Shown here: one piece after another, positions 14,043 to 27,044 of the stretch | How the letters are laid out: every line of letters starts with the position of its first letter | Numbering within the stretch: the first letter of the stretch is position 1 | Source: Azolla caroliniana | Lineage: Eukaryota > Plantae > Polypodiophyta | Reading direction: 5' to 3' | Assembly: GCA_043228905.1 (NCBI GenBank) | Contig: JBHGNT010000021.1 | Coordinates: 10,292,001 to 10,356,000, forward strand | DNA length: 64,000 bases | Notes under the pieces: generated by a model | Told to the model about the DNA's origin: nothing | What the model saw: the letters and a program-made list of their open reading frames with translations, nothing else | Database searches by the model: none | Translations under genes and position numbers: made by a program

Positions 14043-14097
14043 AACTCGGTACATTGTATCGAGTTATGGCCTGAAGTCGGTACACTGTATCAACGTT
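14043..14097. repeat. Two 23-24 bp palindromic units of the same family as 14949-15144
   Basis: AACTCGGTACATTGTATCGAGTT and AAGTCGGTACACTGTATCAACGTT. Confidence 0.7.
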
Positions 14098-14948
14098 GTC
14101 ATGCCTTTCGACGTCAGATCATTGTGTGAGTCGGGTGGGAACCACTGGGGTTTTGGACTAGGAGGAGGAAGAATTTGAGACAAGTCTAATTATGAATAGA
14201 TTATATAAATGAGAGATAGAAACTTGCGAATCCCACAAGTATAGTTGTTTTAGTTTATCTTAATCGTAGTAATAAATTGAAATAGTTTAGAATAGATTAG
14301 AGTAGATTGAGAAAAGAAATAAAACCTTGTGAATTCCACAAGTATTATATTAATCAATATTTATGTACGAATATGAATTTAGATTGAAAGAGAAGGATAT
14401 AGAAATCTCATGAATCCCATGAGTATAGTTTATTTCGTGAATCCCACGAATATATTTTATTAATTGGTGTCTTTTAGAAATACATCCAATTTCCAAATAT
14501 TTCACACACCTATTACATTGTGCTCCCCATCCTTATATATTGATGAGAGAGTCTTAACAATCCATGCTTTTTCTATCAATAGACTATATGCTTTTTCTAA
14601 AGTAATCATGCTTTTTCTAACTTGATGCGTTTTTATCGACTATAGTGTTCATGCACGCTAGATGTGCATGTGTAGCTTTTTCTTTTATCATGTGTTTTCT
14701 TCTAACTAAAGTTTATCCTAGTGTGCCCTTACCTTTCTATGTGGGACGTCTACTTTTTTAACACTAATGATATGTTATTGTAATGGTAAAGCTTCACATT
14801 ATGTACATGGAGGTACAAGGTTCGAATCTTGCCTTATGCATGTATGACGTATTTTAACATTTTCTTCTATTTTTCATATTTATTGAATCGGTTATTTACA
14901 TGTTTTTCACGTAGAGTAGGAAATACACTACGACAAAGTGAGGGTCAC

Positions 14949-15144
14949 AACTTGGTGCGATGTATCAAGTTATAGATCCAAGACCAAGAACTTGATACGA
15001 TGTATCGAGTTCTAACACTCAACTTGATATGATGTAACGAGTTCAATGTCTGAACTCGTTACCATGTATCGAGTTACGTATTAGAACTCGTTATGCCATA
15101 TCTAGTGGCTCCCAAGGCTAAAACTTGATACGGCGTATCGAGTT
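14949..15144. repeat. Array of six 23-bp palindromic repeats with unique short spacers
   Basis: Units start at 14949, 14989, 15021, 15053, 15085 and 15122. Consensus AACTYGATAC-N3-GTATCGAGTT. Spacers 17, 9, 9, 9 and 14 bp, all different. Confidence 0.85.
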
Positions 15145-15277
15145 GGCCTTTCGCTATGTTTTTGATCTTATGACTACATCCTTTAAGTAGGTCCCATACA
15201 CTACTGGTAAGGCAAGAGCTTCATAAGGCCAAACTATTTTTTGTATTCACATTTTCTAGACTACAATAGATTTTCAT

Positions 15278-17400
15278 TTGAGAGAATATAGGTTTAGGTT
15301 CATCTGTTGTATTATTTCATGCAAGTCGAGTGACCCTAAGGAGGAGAGGCCACTCAACAGAATTCGGATTAAGTATCAAAGTTCACCTCCAAACACCACA
15401 AAGATCCCTGTTGTGACATATCCACAAAAGGGAAAGAAACTCATGTTTGAAGACGAAGTCGTGAGGCAACCGTCTAACGAGGTTAGTCAGAAATCATCTG
15501 TCGCGGTTGGAGGAAGTGGGGACTAGTTAGACATAGACTTAATTGGATTTGAGTGGGCAATGCAATATGTAGACTCGAAAAAGAAAGTAGTATTGTTAGT
15601 TACCAGACTGGCTGGACGTGGTATGCTTGCTCAAGATCGTGCATTTAGCTATGGCAAAATCTTGCAGTTGGACTATGAAGACGCGAACTCAACTAATTTG
15701 ATTGTATTAGTCAACTGTACAAAAGGAGTCTGATAGATGATCGTTTCCGAAGACTACTTGTTGAAGGATTCATGCGGGCCAAAATCCTTCCGACATGCTA
15801 TTGAGACAAGTACTAACTTAATAACAACACTGAGGCCATATATTCAAGGTCATGTTAATTTGAAGACAACCTCCTTATCGCCTATTAAAGCACCAATAAG
15901 GAAATCTGTGGTGGAGTCTAGGCCTCCAAAAAAGAAGGTGACAAGAATGTCAGATTCTGAGTCATCGAGTTCAACAAAGGATGATGAGGCTCAATCTACA
16001 CTAGGAATAGAGCTTGCATCTGGTGTGTTTTCATCAGAACAAAATAAAATTAGAAGGGACATAATACATAGAAAATTTGTGCGGAAGGGGCAAGTTTTTA
16101 ACCTTCAGATTACCCACATTGATCGCCCCCCTCTAGATGAGAATACAAGATGTCACCCTTTGGTGATTAGGGAACCACATAAGCCACACGTCCAAAATTT
16201 AAAGAAGAAGATGAAAATCAACCCTCATGCAACGGTTGTGCCTTTTATTGTAATAGTGGATCCTCTTAAGTGCTCTAAGCTAGAGGATTTTGATATTAAG
16301 AAGCACGACCAATACAATTATTTTGTGATTGGAGGATCTCATTCGGCGGAGGCAAGATGACAATTAGTCTACGAGCATCCCACAACATTCTTCTTCAAAT
16401 ATGCGGAATGCAAAATTTATGTGGGGCTAACAACTGAGGATGCGAAGTTGTTAGCATGGGACCACAATAACGACAATGACTACTGGCAGAAGATGTCCTC
16501 CATCGAACACATTAGATTTTTTCACCACGAGTACCTTGACGGGAAATCCAAATTTGGAGCGAAATTATATCCAGCTTTGCGACGTTAATGTCTCCACGAA
16601 GTGGGAATTGTGGTGGACGATGCGGTGAAGTCTAATGGAATCAGAAAGTATGAGCTGTGGTTTCAACTCGCATTTAGGGATGGAGGAGTCTAGGATCTTC
16701 AAGATCAAATATTTACGATGTGGGAGAATAAGGAAGTGAAGGGTCAAAGACAAAAGAAGTGGAAAGTTGACCCTCAATTAGAATTGAAGAGCTCAACTGC
16801 CAAGAAGATTGAGCTTACCATTGAGGAAATGGCAGATGATATGAAGCTGTCTTTATGGAGGGCAATGCAAGGGATCAAAGGTGAGCAACTTCTTATATTT
16901 GTGCTTTCAAGAGTTGTAGGAAAGGAGTTGAGCCTAGAGAAAATGGTTACGAAGTTCAACAAGTAAGGTCTAACTAAATTTTTTATGGTTTATCTTGTTT
17001 TAAGAAATGAATTTTTAATGTTGGTTTATAAATTTTCAGCCACAAAGTCTATATGAAAATACAAGAAGTGATGATGAAGCAACTAGGTTGCTTATCGTGC
17101 GAACAAGTGATTGAAGAATATTCGAAAACGTCTTCGTACAAGGCGTTATCGGAATATTTCATTGCATTTAAGGATTGGGTGAGTATAACTCTTTGTTTGA
17201 TCAATTTGTGGTGGTTCATCTCGTGTATCGACTAAAACTTTGTTGATGTCTTATTTTTTTTGGAAACAATGTCGGAGTAAGAGGCTTGGTGAAATAAAGG
17301 ATATACATGACTTTCCAACATCCTTTATTGCGCATCTTGAAAGGGCCAGAAAAGAGAAGGATCGACGCTTGGTAAGGGCGTTTGAGGTGGAAGATGATGG
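15278..17400 (+). pseudogene. Intron-containing gene with a ParB/Sulfiredoxin-like domain (decayed)
   Basis: ORF 15737-16360 and its read-through: IREPHKPHVQNLKKKMKINP...PFIVIVD...YFVIGGSHSAEAR*QLV...CKIYVGLTTEDAKLLAWDHN, resembling the ParB-N 'L..sI...g...PiiV....y.IidGhHR..A' layout. GT-AG intron 16963-17039 and donor GTGAGT at 17179. Possible first exon MSSKKTARSNT at 13908. Confidence 0.6.
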
Positions 17401-17420
17401 CACCTTCAAGAAGTAATGTA

Positions 17421-20400
17421 TTGTAATGCACCCCTGGTGAGTATGTTGGGTGTAACTCATCACAAAATTTTACATTTGAATAATATTGACAAGTGGGACA
17501 AGTTTCCACATACCTTTTTATTTGCTCATAGTATCGAGGCCACCAAAACTGTTCTTTAATCTTATTGAAAGTGGCCCACACTCCTCAATGACCAACCCAT
17601 TCTTTGTCATGCAGCTCTCTTATTATCTCCTTTCTTTGCCCTTCAGAACCTATTACTCTTTGTGGGTTTCCAATCTTGTTTTTCGGATGTCGCCATAGAT
17701 ATTCTTCATGCAGGAAGAACTTATGAGCTTTCTTGCGAAACTATGCAAACACTTTTCTAAACCAATCTTTATACTTGTCAGGGGTCTATAGATACTTCCT
17801 TATTTCCTTGATTTTTTTTTCTTCATACTCCTATTCTAGAAACTGTATTCCTCCTTCCCGGGTAATGCTTGTGATGAAGAATGTTTGTTCTTTGTCCTCA
17901 TCGTCCGAGTGTGGAATCTCCTGTTCCTTATACCTTGATCTTGATAACATATCGACTACTGCATTTCTATTCCCAGAGATATGTCTAACTTCAGGGTTGA
18001 CTGATCTAATATAGAGACACCATCTTAACATGGCTTCATCTGAAATATCACAATTAGCTATGATACCAAGAATAAGCAAACAATCTATTTCTATTATTAC
18101 TTCAACACCAATTATGTAATCTCTATCTGTCTTAAGTGTTGTTACTACCCCCCATAACTCTCTTTTGACCTATGCATATTTTCTTTGTCGACCACTAAGA
18201 ACCTTTGCTCCAAATAAGACTGGATACCTTTCTTCCCCATCTTGTTGGCTTATCACCCATCCAATTTCAATGGGACTGGAGTCTACTATGAGATATATGG
18301 GTCGGGTGTAGTCAGATTGCTTTAATGGTGGAGCTTGTGCCAAGTAAGACTTCAATTTCCTCATTGCCTCCAAATGCTCTTCACTCCATTCAAATATTTT
18401 TCCTTTTCTTAGGAGTTTGTATAAAGGTTCAGATAAATGGGCATAATGCGGAATCCATCTACAGTAAAAAACACATACCCCCGGAAACCTTCGTACTTCT
18501 GAGACAGATGTACATTCCTCTTGCATGTTTTCAATTGCATTGACCTTGGTGGGGGATGGCTTTCTCCCATATGGGCCACACAGATGACCAACTATTAATA
18601 TCTCTTTTGCCCCAAATATTGATTTCGCCCCTGATAAGGTCAAATGCACTTCTTCCATCCTTGATAGTATCTTCTCACAATCCTTGATATGGTCGGCAAC
18701 GAATTGTCGGCAACCAACTTCGTCCAATTCCTCATTCTTCCCTTCCTACTTGCATCCCTTAATCGGAACATCATCTAAAAAAGGCATTGTAATATGAGGA
18801 ATAAAATCACGAAGTACCTTGTCCATTCCATTCATTATATGTGCCACTGAGTTGGTCGCTCCTTGCAGTAAGGTACACATCCGTACTAACCCTATAGGTG
18901 TCTTGATAGAAGTAATATCTCGACTTTTGATAGCAAGTTGAATTTGATCATACCCGAAATAAAGGTCTCCCATTGAATATATAACTCTTCCTACAAACAT
19001 CTCAGCAAACTCATCCACAATTGGCCCTACTCCCGAGTTTCAGATTGTTACCTTATTCATAGGTTGCATATCTTGGATAAATCAGAGCCATCCATCTTTC
19101 TTTAACACAGTGAACCATCGACTCGAGTAAGAAGCATTCGATGGTTCCACGATACCCATCCTTATCTTTTCTTTCAAAAGTTCTAATAGTTGAAGGATTC
19201 TAGCCCTAGGCATGGGTATTGGCTTAAAGTTCCATGGAATATGAGGGATAGTGAATATAACCATGGGCTTTACAATTCCTGGATCCACACACCCTATTTC
19301 CTCAAGTTGGAATGCGTACGGCTTTCCATGCCTTTTTAACATCTCCTTGAATTGCTTTTCTTCAACTGGTAATAGGAAGTCACCCCCTCCTATTTTCATC
19401 CCTTGTATTGTTTCTGGAGTAAACACATGTCCCACCGTTCATGGGTCTCTAATCATTGGCTCTGTGTCTACTTCTTTGATTGCCCTTTCATTATCCCCAG
19501 GAAGTGGAGCAGCAATAGGACGAACCTTCTTCTCTACTATTTTGTACTTTGTTAAGACATGTGCCTCATGATCCTTTCGAGCAACTTCTTCAATGACCTC
19601 ATACATCTTGATTGAATGGACAGGAACTTGACTTTTGTTGTCGTCCTCCATTGCTTCCAGATGAGTTATTGTATCTTCAAAACTTAATTCTTCAAACATA
19701 TCCTGAATTTCTTCATCATCATCTATTAATCTCGTAACTTCCTCCATCATCTGTCTTTTTCGTCTAATAATATCTATGATAACTTCATGAAATTCTTTCT
19801 TTGCTATACCCAATACTTATCTTAAAGTAAATTCTACCTTACTATTTAATATTCTTGTTTCTAGTAACTTTTTTATATCCGTCGTTGTTTCTATGTCTGA
19901 AGCAAGCTTGAAAGATGGGCTTGTCTTCCCTTTTACTCTATCAACTTCCTTTTTCTCAGGAGCACCCTTTTCCATATCCCTTCTCTTTTGTTCTCGTGTC
20001 TCATGTTTCTTTGCCAGATCAGCCTCCTCAGCTCTCTTTCGCTTCTCTTCCACTAGTACCTCTTGTGCATTCACTTGGGCGAATGCTGATAGTGCGTCTA
20101 TTGGATGATTCCATCCAGTGAAGTTTCGTAATTCATCTCCTGCTCTTTTTAATTCATCCACTCGAACCTTCCCTTCTCTTACATAATCCATCACATCTTG
20201 CCAAAAGCCAGATCCACCATATGAGTCTTCTACATGCAACCCTATTGTTGTGATGGATTGTATCGCTTGAGTTGTTTCTCTCTCGACATCTTCCATTAGC
20301 TTTTTCATTACACCTTACCCGAAGTTGAGTTGAAGTGGTTGTCGAGTCTCTATCGAGTGAATCTTACCATCCTGATAATAGATTTTATCATGATTAAGAG

Positions 20401-22141
20401 TATCCCTATGTTCTTGACAGTCTTTCTTCTGATGGTCGATACTATCACACCACATACACCTTTGGATCATTCCACCTCCTTGCCTTGACGAAGTTGAGCT
20501 TTGTCCCAATTCTAGCTTTGTCACTTTGATCGACAAGTCTTTCATGCCTTTCACCAACTCATGCAAGAGTGAATCTTCCATTTTCTTCTCTCCCGAATTG
20601 TTTCCCGTTTCGTCTCCCTTACTCTCAGGCAACTCCATAAACCTTAACTTTCTTTTATAGAAATGGTTGCACACCCTTTTCACCTCCTCCCAGTATTCGG
20701 TAAGTACACTTGGACTATTCTCATCTTCTAGAAGCATTCCCAAGTCCTTCCTGTATTTAATATTAGTGGCTTGTAGAAACAATATTATTTTATCTGGCAT
20801 TATTATATTTCTATCCCTAACATTTAATTGCTCAAATCTTTCTGAAAATTCTTTTAATACTTCAAAAACACTGAAATGTTTATCAAACTCTACCCAATCC
20901 ATGAAAGCTTGCCTTGTCATCCTTGACATATCGTTGAGGTTGTATTCATTCAATAATGCTCTTTCGAAAGTCGCCCATGTCTGATGCTCTCTTTGTAGCT
21001 CCTGGATCCTTTCTTGTAGCCCAATCGCAGTGACTTGACTAAAGATATTAATTTTTGCCGCTTCGTCGACACCTCGTTTTAGCATTTCCTCTTTGTAAAA
21101 CTTCAGAAATCTTGTTAAATTCATACCTTCGAGGACCCTACTTGTGCAAGAATATTGTCGACGACTTTGTCGATGCTTGCCATCATCCCTTGCTCCCGCA
21201 TCATTCGTTCCATCATCGTACACATAAGCCTCATTTGCTCCTCCATTTTTCCTTGTCGCCACCTTCACGTCGGGTTCACGAAATGTGTCGGGGTAGTTGT
21301 GGTTCGTGCGGCAAAGTCACGAGGACTAAGGTTAAGGGGAGTTGAAGGAACTTTTATAAGGCTTGCACACAAATGTTAGAAAGATTAAGGCTAAGAAGAA
21401 TAAGAGTTTAAAGTAATGTGTGAGAGAGAGAGAGACGAGTATAGATAAAAGATAGAGACAATGTATGATTCAAGAAGCAAGATAGAGATGAAGTATGATT
21501 TAAGTAAAAAAAGCATATGATATGAACATGATGTATATTACGAATACAAGATTTTACCAACTTTACAATGCTTGATAACAAGATGAACTCTTTCTCTACC
21601 GACTCTTGATTCAAACCCTGACTCCAACTTGGAAATACGAGCCTCTTCACCAACAAGCTAACTTATTTGTTTGATTATATTATTCTCTAACTTTTCTCTT
21701 CATTACCCTCTTGTTTTCCTTGCCCCTCTTTATATAAGTATTGTCATGCATAAGGTAATGTGTGGGAGGATGGCCTGCATGCAATGCATGACTTTCATGT
21801 GATGCATGATACCCATCATGCTCATTTGAGCTCTCATGTATGAAAATAGATATAGGATAAGTACAATGATGGAAATATACCTTTTAAAACAAATAAGTTA
21901 ACTTAGTGGTGTATACCTTGTTCTTGGTATACAAGTTCAAGTCTCTCCATTTTACTCCATACAACATTTAACTTCAGTCTTATATCATGAAGCATATTCT
22001 TTATAATACCTTTAAAAATAAATAGCCTAGCCTAGGGGTATGTATATTGTACTCCCTATATAAGGGTGTGGGTTCAAGTCTCTCAAATACTATTAAATAC
22101 AATATTTAACTTCATTTTTATATCATGAAGCACATTCTTCA
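17421..22141 (-). mobile_element. Ty3/Gypsy element (same family as 1215-4818), decayed, protease region deleted, truncated in integrase
   Basis: gag 20315-21268 (CMWCDSIDHQKKDC knuckle), RT 18746-19435 (PFLDDVPIKG), RNase H, INT ...YVETCPTCQ. LTR-like sequence ends at 22141, where Copia sequence begins. Confidence 0.9.
21343..22141 (-). repeat. LTR-like sequence with an internal ~140-bp duplication carrying tRNA-like boxes
   Basis: Termini TGAAG.../...CTTCA. Shares the CATGCATG-rich block with 32574-33222. The inner boundary is uncertain. Confidence 0.5.
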
Positions 22142-25100
22142 CGACAACGCCGACATCTATTTCCAAATGAGCGGAATGTGACCAAAGGGATCCTGGATGT
22201 CGTACATTCAGATGTATGGGGTCCGGCACAGACAACCACATTCGGCTGATGTCTTCGATCAGATGGACACAAAGAATACTTATCGGACGAATTTATGGCG
22301 TATCTTTGAAAGGAAGGAATTCGACGAGAAATCTCATGCCAGCACACACCTCAGCAAAACGGCGTAGCCAAGCGAAAAAATCGGAACATAGTAGAGGTTT
22401 CACGGGCGATGATGAACGAGAAGAACCTGCCGACATCATTCTGGGCAGAAGCGACTACCATAGTCGTATACCTCATGAATAGGTGTACAACATCAGGGCT
22501 ACACAACGTAACCCCGTATGAGATGTTTTTCAGAAAGAAGCCAGAGTTATCACATGTGCGTATTTTCAGTTCGATCGCCTATGTATATATTCCCGACGAG
22601 ACGCGACAAAAGCTCAACCAGAAGTCGGAGAAATGTATCCTTGTAGGATACTCACTAGAGCAAAAGGCGTACAAGTGCTATAACCCCTCAACTCGAAAAG
22701 TCCAAGTAAGTCAAGATGTATTTTTCGACGAGTCTGCATCCTGGTACGTACCAGAGACAACTTCAACTTTGATTCCGCTCAACCCGAAATCTGCCGAAAT
22801 AGGGATAGAAGATGAAGATCGGTTCACACACATGTTCAAAGAAAGCCCGATTATGACAAGGCTTAGTGGGCCTCAAGAGCCTTCGAGCGATCAAAGCACA
22901 TCTCGGCCGAGTCCGAAGCTGGACAAAGGGAAGGCAAAAATGTCAGAATATGAAGACTTGATGGACAATGAGTCAACTCACAGTGAGTTCGAAGGCCTCG
23001 ACATCCAGACAAATGGAGCGAAAATAGTCATTGCAGCTACAAATGAAAAACTCCGTCGGTCCACTTGTGGAAAGTGTTGGGAAACATATCCCTCCGGATG
23101 GGAAGAGAAGGATCGTGCCTTATAGGTACCAAAGCCGAAACCAAAACCAAAACCAAAACTGAAATCGGAATCGGAAACTGAAATCGTTTCGGAAGATTAT
23201 AATTGTAAATAGTCTAAAATGCCCTTGTGGGTTATACTTGTAAATAGCTAGAAAGTTGTTTTTGTTTATAAGGAACTAGGGCAAACTTTAGAGTAAAGGA
23301 CAAGGTAGTTGATCATTATTAAAAAGTTAAAATGAGGTAGTTGCCTATGTAACCGTGAGTGAGAGAGTGAGAGTGTAACTATGTAGCCGTCTGTCAGACG
23401 AAGGAGAACTCGAGGTCGTTGCCTCCGAGTTTCGTATCTGCACTTCATGTCTACTATAGTGATCTATTTTCTTGGGGTTTGTGGACCTCCGTGGTTTTTC
23501 CCATTTCGGGTTTTCCACGTAAAATATCGGTGTTTCTATGTCTGCACGTTTTCTGTCTATGTACTACTTCTTGTTCTCTATACACGAATACGAACGTTGG
23601 CTGGTCAATTTCTAACAAAAAGAACCCCATAAGTCGATACAGCTACGATGAGTACATGGCATACCATTACACCTTTCTGATGAAGGTTGCAACTGTACAG
23701 GAACTGGAAACCTTTTTCGAAGCCGCCAAGGACCCGTGATGGGTCGACGCGATGAATGAGGAAATGCAAGCCTTATGCAAAAACAAGACATGGGATCTCG
23801 TTCCCGAGTCCCCGCACAAGAAAGCAATTGTATGCAGATAGATTTACAAAGTGAAACACAATGTCGACCGCTCCGTAAATCTCTTCAAAGCATGAGTCAT
23901 AGCGAAAGGATACGCACAAACACATGGAGTCAATTACGAAGAGACCTTTGTCCCGGTGGCAAAGATGACAACGGTGCAAACCGTGATTGCACTCGCAGGA
24001 GTGAAAGGGTTGCACCTCTACTAGATGGACGTCAAGAACGCCTTTCTTCAAGGTGAATTGGAAGGGGAGGTGTACATGGTACAACCACTTGACTTTGATT
24101 TGCATACTCATCCAAAAGCCGTGTGCAGACTCAAGAAGTTGCTCTACGGTCTTAAGTAAGCACCGCGTGCTTGGCATTCAAAGCTCACGCAGTATCTTCA
24201 CCAAATCAGATTTCGAATGTCGAAATCGGACAATCCCTGTACATCCGAAACGAGTCGAACAACCCGATTGTCATCATCCTATACGTGGATGATTTGATAA
24301 TCGGAGGACTAAATCTAGCCGAAGACAATATGGTGAAATCACTCCTATCTAGTAGATTTGACATGGAAGATATGCAAGACCTCCATTACTTCCTTGGCAT
24401 CGAAGTAATTCGGACACCAGTCAGGATCCTGATCTCTCAATAGCACTACGTTCTCAACTTACTCTACAAGTTTGGAATGATCGACTACAAACCTGTGTCT
24501 ACTCCTCTTGACTATAATCTCAAGCTTGATGTTGATTCTGGCACAGCCGAGTGCAAGCCAACTCAGTATCGCAGCCTCGTCTACCTAACCATCACACGAC
24601 CTGACCTTAGCTATTCTGTCGGCCTACTTAGCCAATTCTTGCAGAACCCACGAAATATTCATCTCGATTGCGCTAAGAGGATATTTCGGTATGTCCATTG
24701 TACGTTGAATTATGACATTATGTACAAGTTGAATACACTTATTCGACTCGAAGGGTACACAGACGCGGACTAGACTGGATATAAGAACGATAGACGATCG
24801 ACATCCGGATTCGTCTTCTCCTTCAGCAGTAGAGCGATCTCGTGAAACAACAAGAAGCAACCGACAATCGCACTGTCGAGCACGGAGGCTGAATACAGGG
24901 GCGCGACAGCCGCTGCATGTAAAGACGTATGGCGGAAACGCGTACTAAAGGATTTGGGCATACCGATCAAAGATCTGATTTGCTTACACTGCGACAACAT
25001 GAGCAGTATTTACCTTGCTCGCAATCCCATATTTCACGCGCGGACTAAACCCATCGAAGTGCACTACCACTTCATTCGCGAGCGCGTTCAACACAGAGAA

Positions 25101-25638
25101 ATCGATCTACAACACATCAATGCGCACCTTCATGTCGTTGATATCTTTACCAAGTCCTTAGGCGTCGACAAGCTCGGGCAATTCACATCTGACCTTGGTC
25201 TCATGATATCCACATTGCCAAGCTTGAGGCGGAGTACAATAGGCGTAACGGAAGAAGCCGATAAGTTGATTGAAGCCGACCAGATGATTCGAAGTACCAT
25301 GGCAGCAGTGGAGTTGAACAAGGAGCATGAAGCCGAAAAGTTGAACAAGAGTTTGGATGAGTAGGATTATGAAAGCCGAAAGCCGAAAGCCGATTCATTC
25401 GAATAGAAGTACTCCGAAGACTGAACCAAAACAACTTTTTGAAAGATGGAAGTTATGTTCGAAGGGGTGTGTTGAGAGTCGAACTCAACTTCCCATAGAT
25501 ATAGGTTTCACACGAGGCTAGTTTTGTAAATAGTTGAAAGGGCACTTGCCCCAGCCTAGTTGGTAGTTAAACCAACCCTTTGTAACTTTGTGGTTGTTGA
25601 AAGTAATATACAGTTTCTTGTTCGATCTCTCTCTCTCT
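22142..25638 (+). mobile_element. Decayed Ty1/Copia (INT-RT-RNase H, PPT, start of 3' LTR at 25470)
   Basis: [57 protein letters not shown] precedes TGTTGAGAG at 25470. The LTR is broken at its (CT)n tract by LINEs. Confidence 0.88.
23075..23617 (+). mobile_element. Solo LTR inserted in the Copia coding region
   Basis: TGTTGG...CTAACA, near-TSD GAAAG/AAAAG. Removal restores LRRSTCGKNPISRYSYDEYMA. Shares CTCGAGGTCGTTGCCTC with the LTRs at 34013, 38497 and 56847. Confidence 0.85.
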
Positions 25639-26973
25639 GCAAAGGAAGAATGTGTTGAAGAACTTTTCATTGGGAATGTTGTGATTATACTTTTGCTATA
25701 TGTAGATGATGTAGTGCTTTTTGCAAATACTTTAGGAGATGCACAAAAGGTTATGAAGGCATTGGAAAAAAATTGCATGCATACTAAATTAAGTGTCAAT
25801 AGCTCTAAAACAAAGATTATGCTTGTGAAGAGCCAAAAAAGAGGTAAACCATGTGTTATGTACAACAATGAGCCACTTGAATGTGTGGAAAGCTTCAAAT
25901 ATCTTGACCTTGAAGTTCCTTCAAATCATAGATGGAATGAATGTGCTACACGTCGCTTAGAGGTGGGTAAGCGAGCATACTATGCATTTGAGAACACATG
26001 CAATCTTGGAGATATTAAGTGTTGGGTCCTCAAGAAATATCTTTTCGACACTTTGGTGACACCGGTTCTTCCCTATGGGGTGGAAGTATGGGGCGGTCGC
26101 ATCCCTAAATCTACGTGGAAAGAGTTTGAAAATGTCCAAAAACATTTTCTTACACAGTTTCTACAAGTTAAGAAACAAACGCCCTACACCCTCCTCCTCC
26201 TTGAGACGGGATCGCTTCCCATTGAGATCATGACCATGGAAAGGGTTGTTGAATACATGCTTAAGGTTCAAAAAAGTCCCTAACATCAACTTCCTAGAAT
26301 TGCATGGGAAGCAACCAAAAAGACCCAAAAGACGCATAAAAGCAAAATTTTGTGTTCCGGTTGGATGCAAGACATAGAAAAATGGTTTGGTAGATGGGAT
26401 GCAAGACACTTGCTTTATGATGCATCATTAGATTCCTCTGTAAATGAGGCCTTTTTGCAATGCCAATGTATCATGACATGGGACAAATGTGGAGGCTCAA
26501 GCTTCACACATTATACTACACATTGTTCACCTAACTACAAAACCATATTCTTTGCGGAACGGGGAAATCGTACACATCGATACATTTTAGAGCCCATACT
26601 GTTATCTGCCATTCGAAACATTGCTTCCATGTGACTTAGCTCACATGCATTGCGATGTGAGATAGGGTGTTGGGTCACAAGTGATGAGAGTGGTCAGCTA
26701 TGCACACTTTGCCCTAAACAAGTTCGTGGTCTGAGTATCACACTTTGATACAATGCTCTGCCTTTGATCATATTCGACCATGCTTTCCACATCTCTTCAA
26801 CCGAGCCCAATCCTTGCATGAATTCCTCTCACAACCGCAATGTGCACTTTCGATTGCAACATTCATTGGTAAAGTTCTTGAACATCGAGAGTCACTACTC
26901 ACTTTCACACGTATCACGTGAAATGTAATATTTTTGGTCTCATAGGTCATATTTGACCTCCGAAGACGATAAT

Positions 26974-26977
<4 letters not shown>
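25639..26977 (+). mobile_element. 5'-truncated non-L1 LINE (RTE/RTEX/CR1-like RT C-terminus and CCHC finger)
   Basis: LLYVDDVVLFA...VNSSKTKIM...LECVESFKYL in ORF 25588-26283. Downstream decayed SSHALRCEIG..CTLC...YHTLIQC. Flanked on both sides by (CT)n. Confidence 0.82.

Positions 26978-27040
<63 letters not shown>
26978..27040. repeat. (CT)n microsatellite
   Basis: About 31 dinucleotide units, directly visible. Confidence 0.95.

Positions 27041-27044
<4 letters not shown>

Larger units (their letters stand above)
4819..17420. mobile_element. Candidate Sola-like DNA transposon with two divergent genes (DDD transposase and ParB-like protein); interrupted by Copia 5447-10763 and cut off at the right by Gypsy
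   Basis: Non-Gypsy sequence starts abruptly at 4819 (ACACGTTTGCG). Transposase motifs on the minus strand and a second gene on the plus strand. No right TIR or TSD seen, so boundaries are inferred. Confidence 0.6.

Noticed and set aside
14949-15144. CRISPR array
   Set aside because: Repeats are palindromic, but spacers are only 9-17 bp, there are no cas genes, and the context is eukaryotic. Reported as a candidate binding-site array instead.
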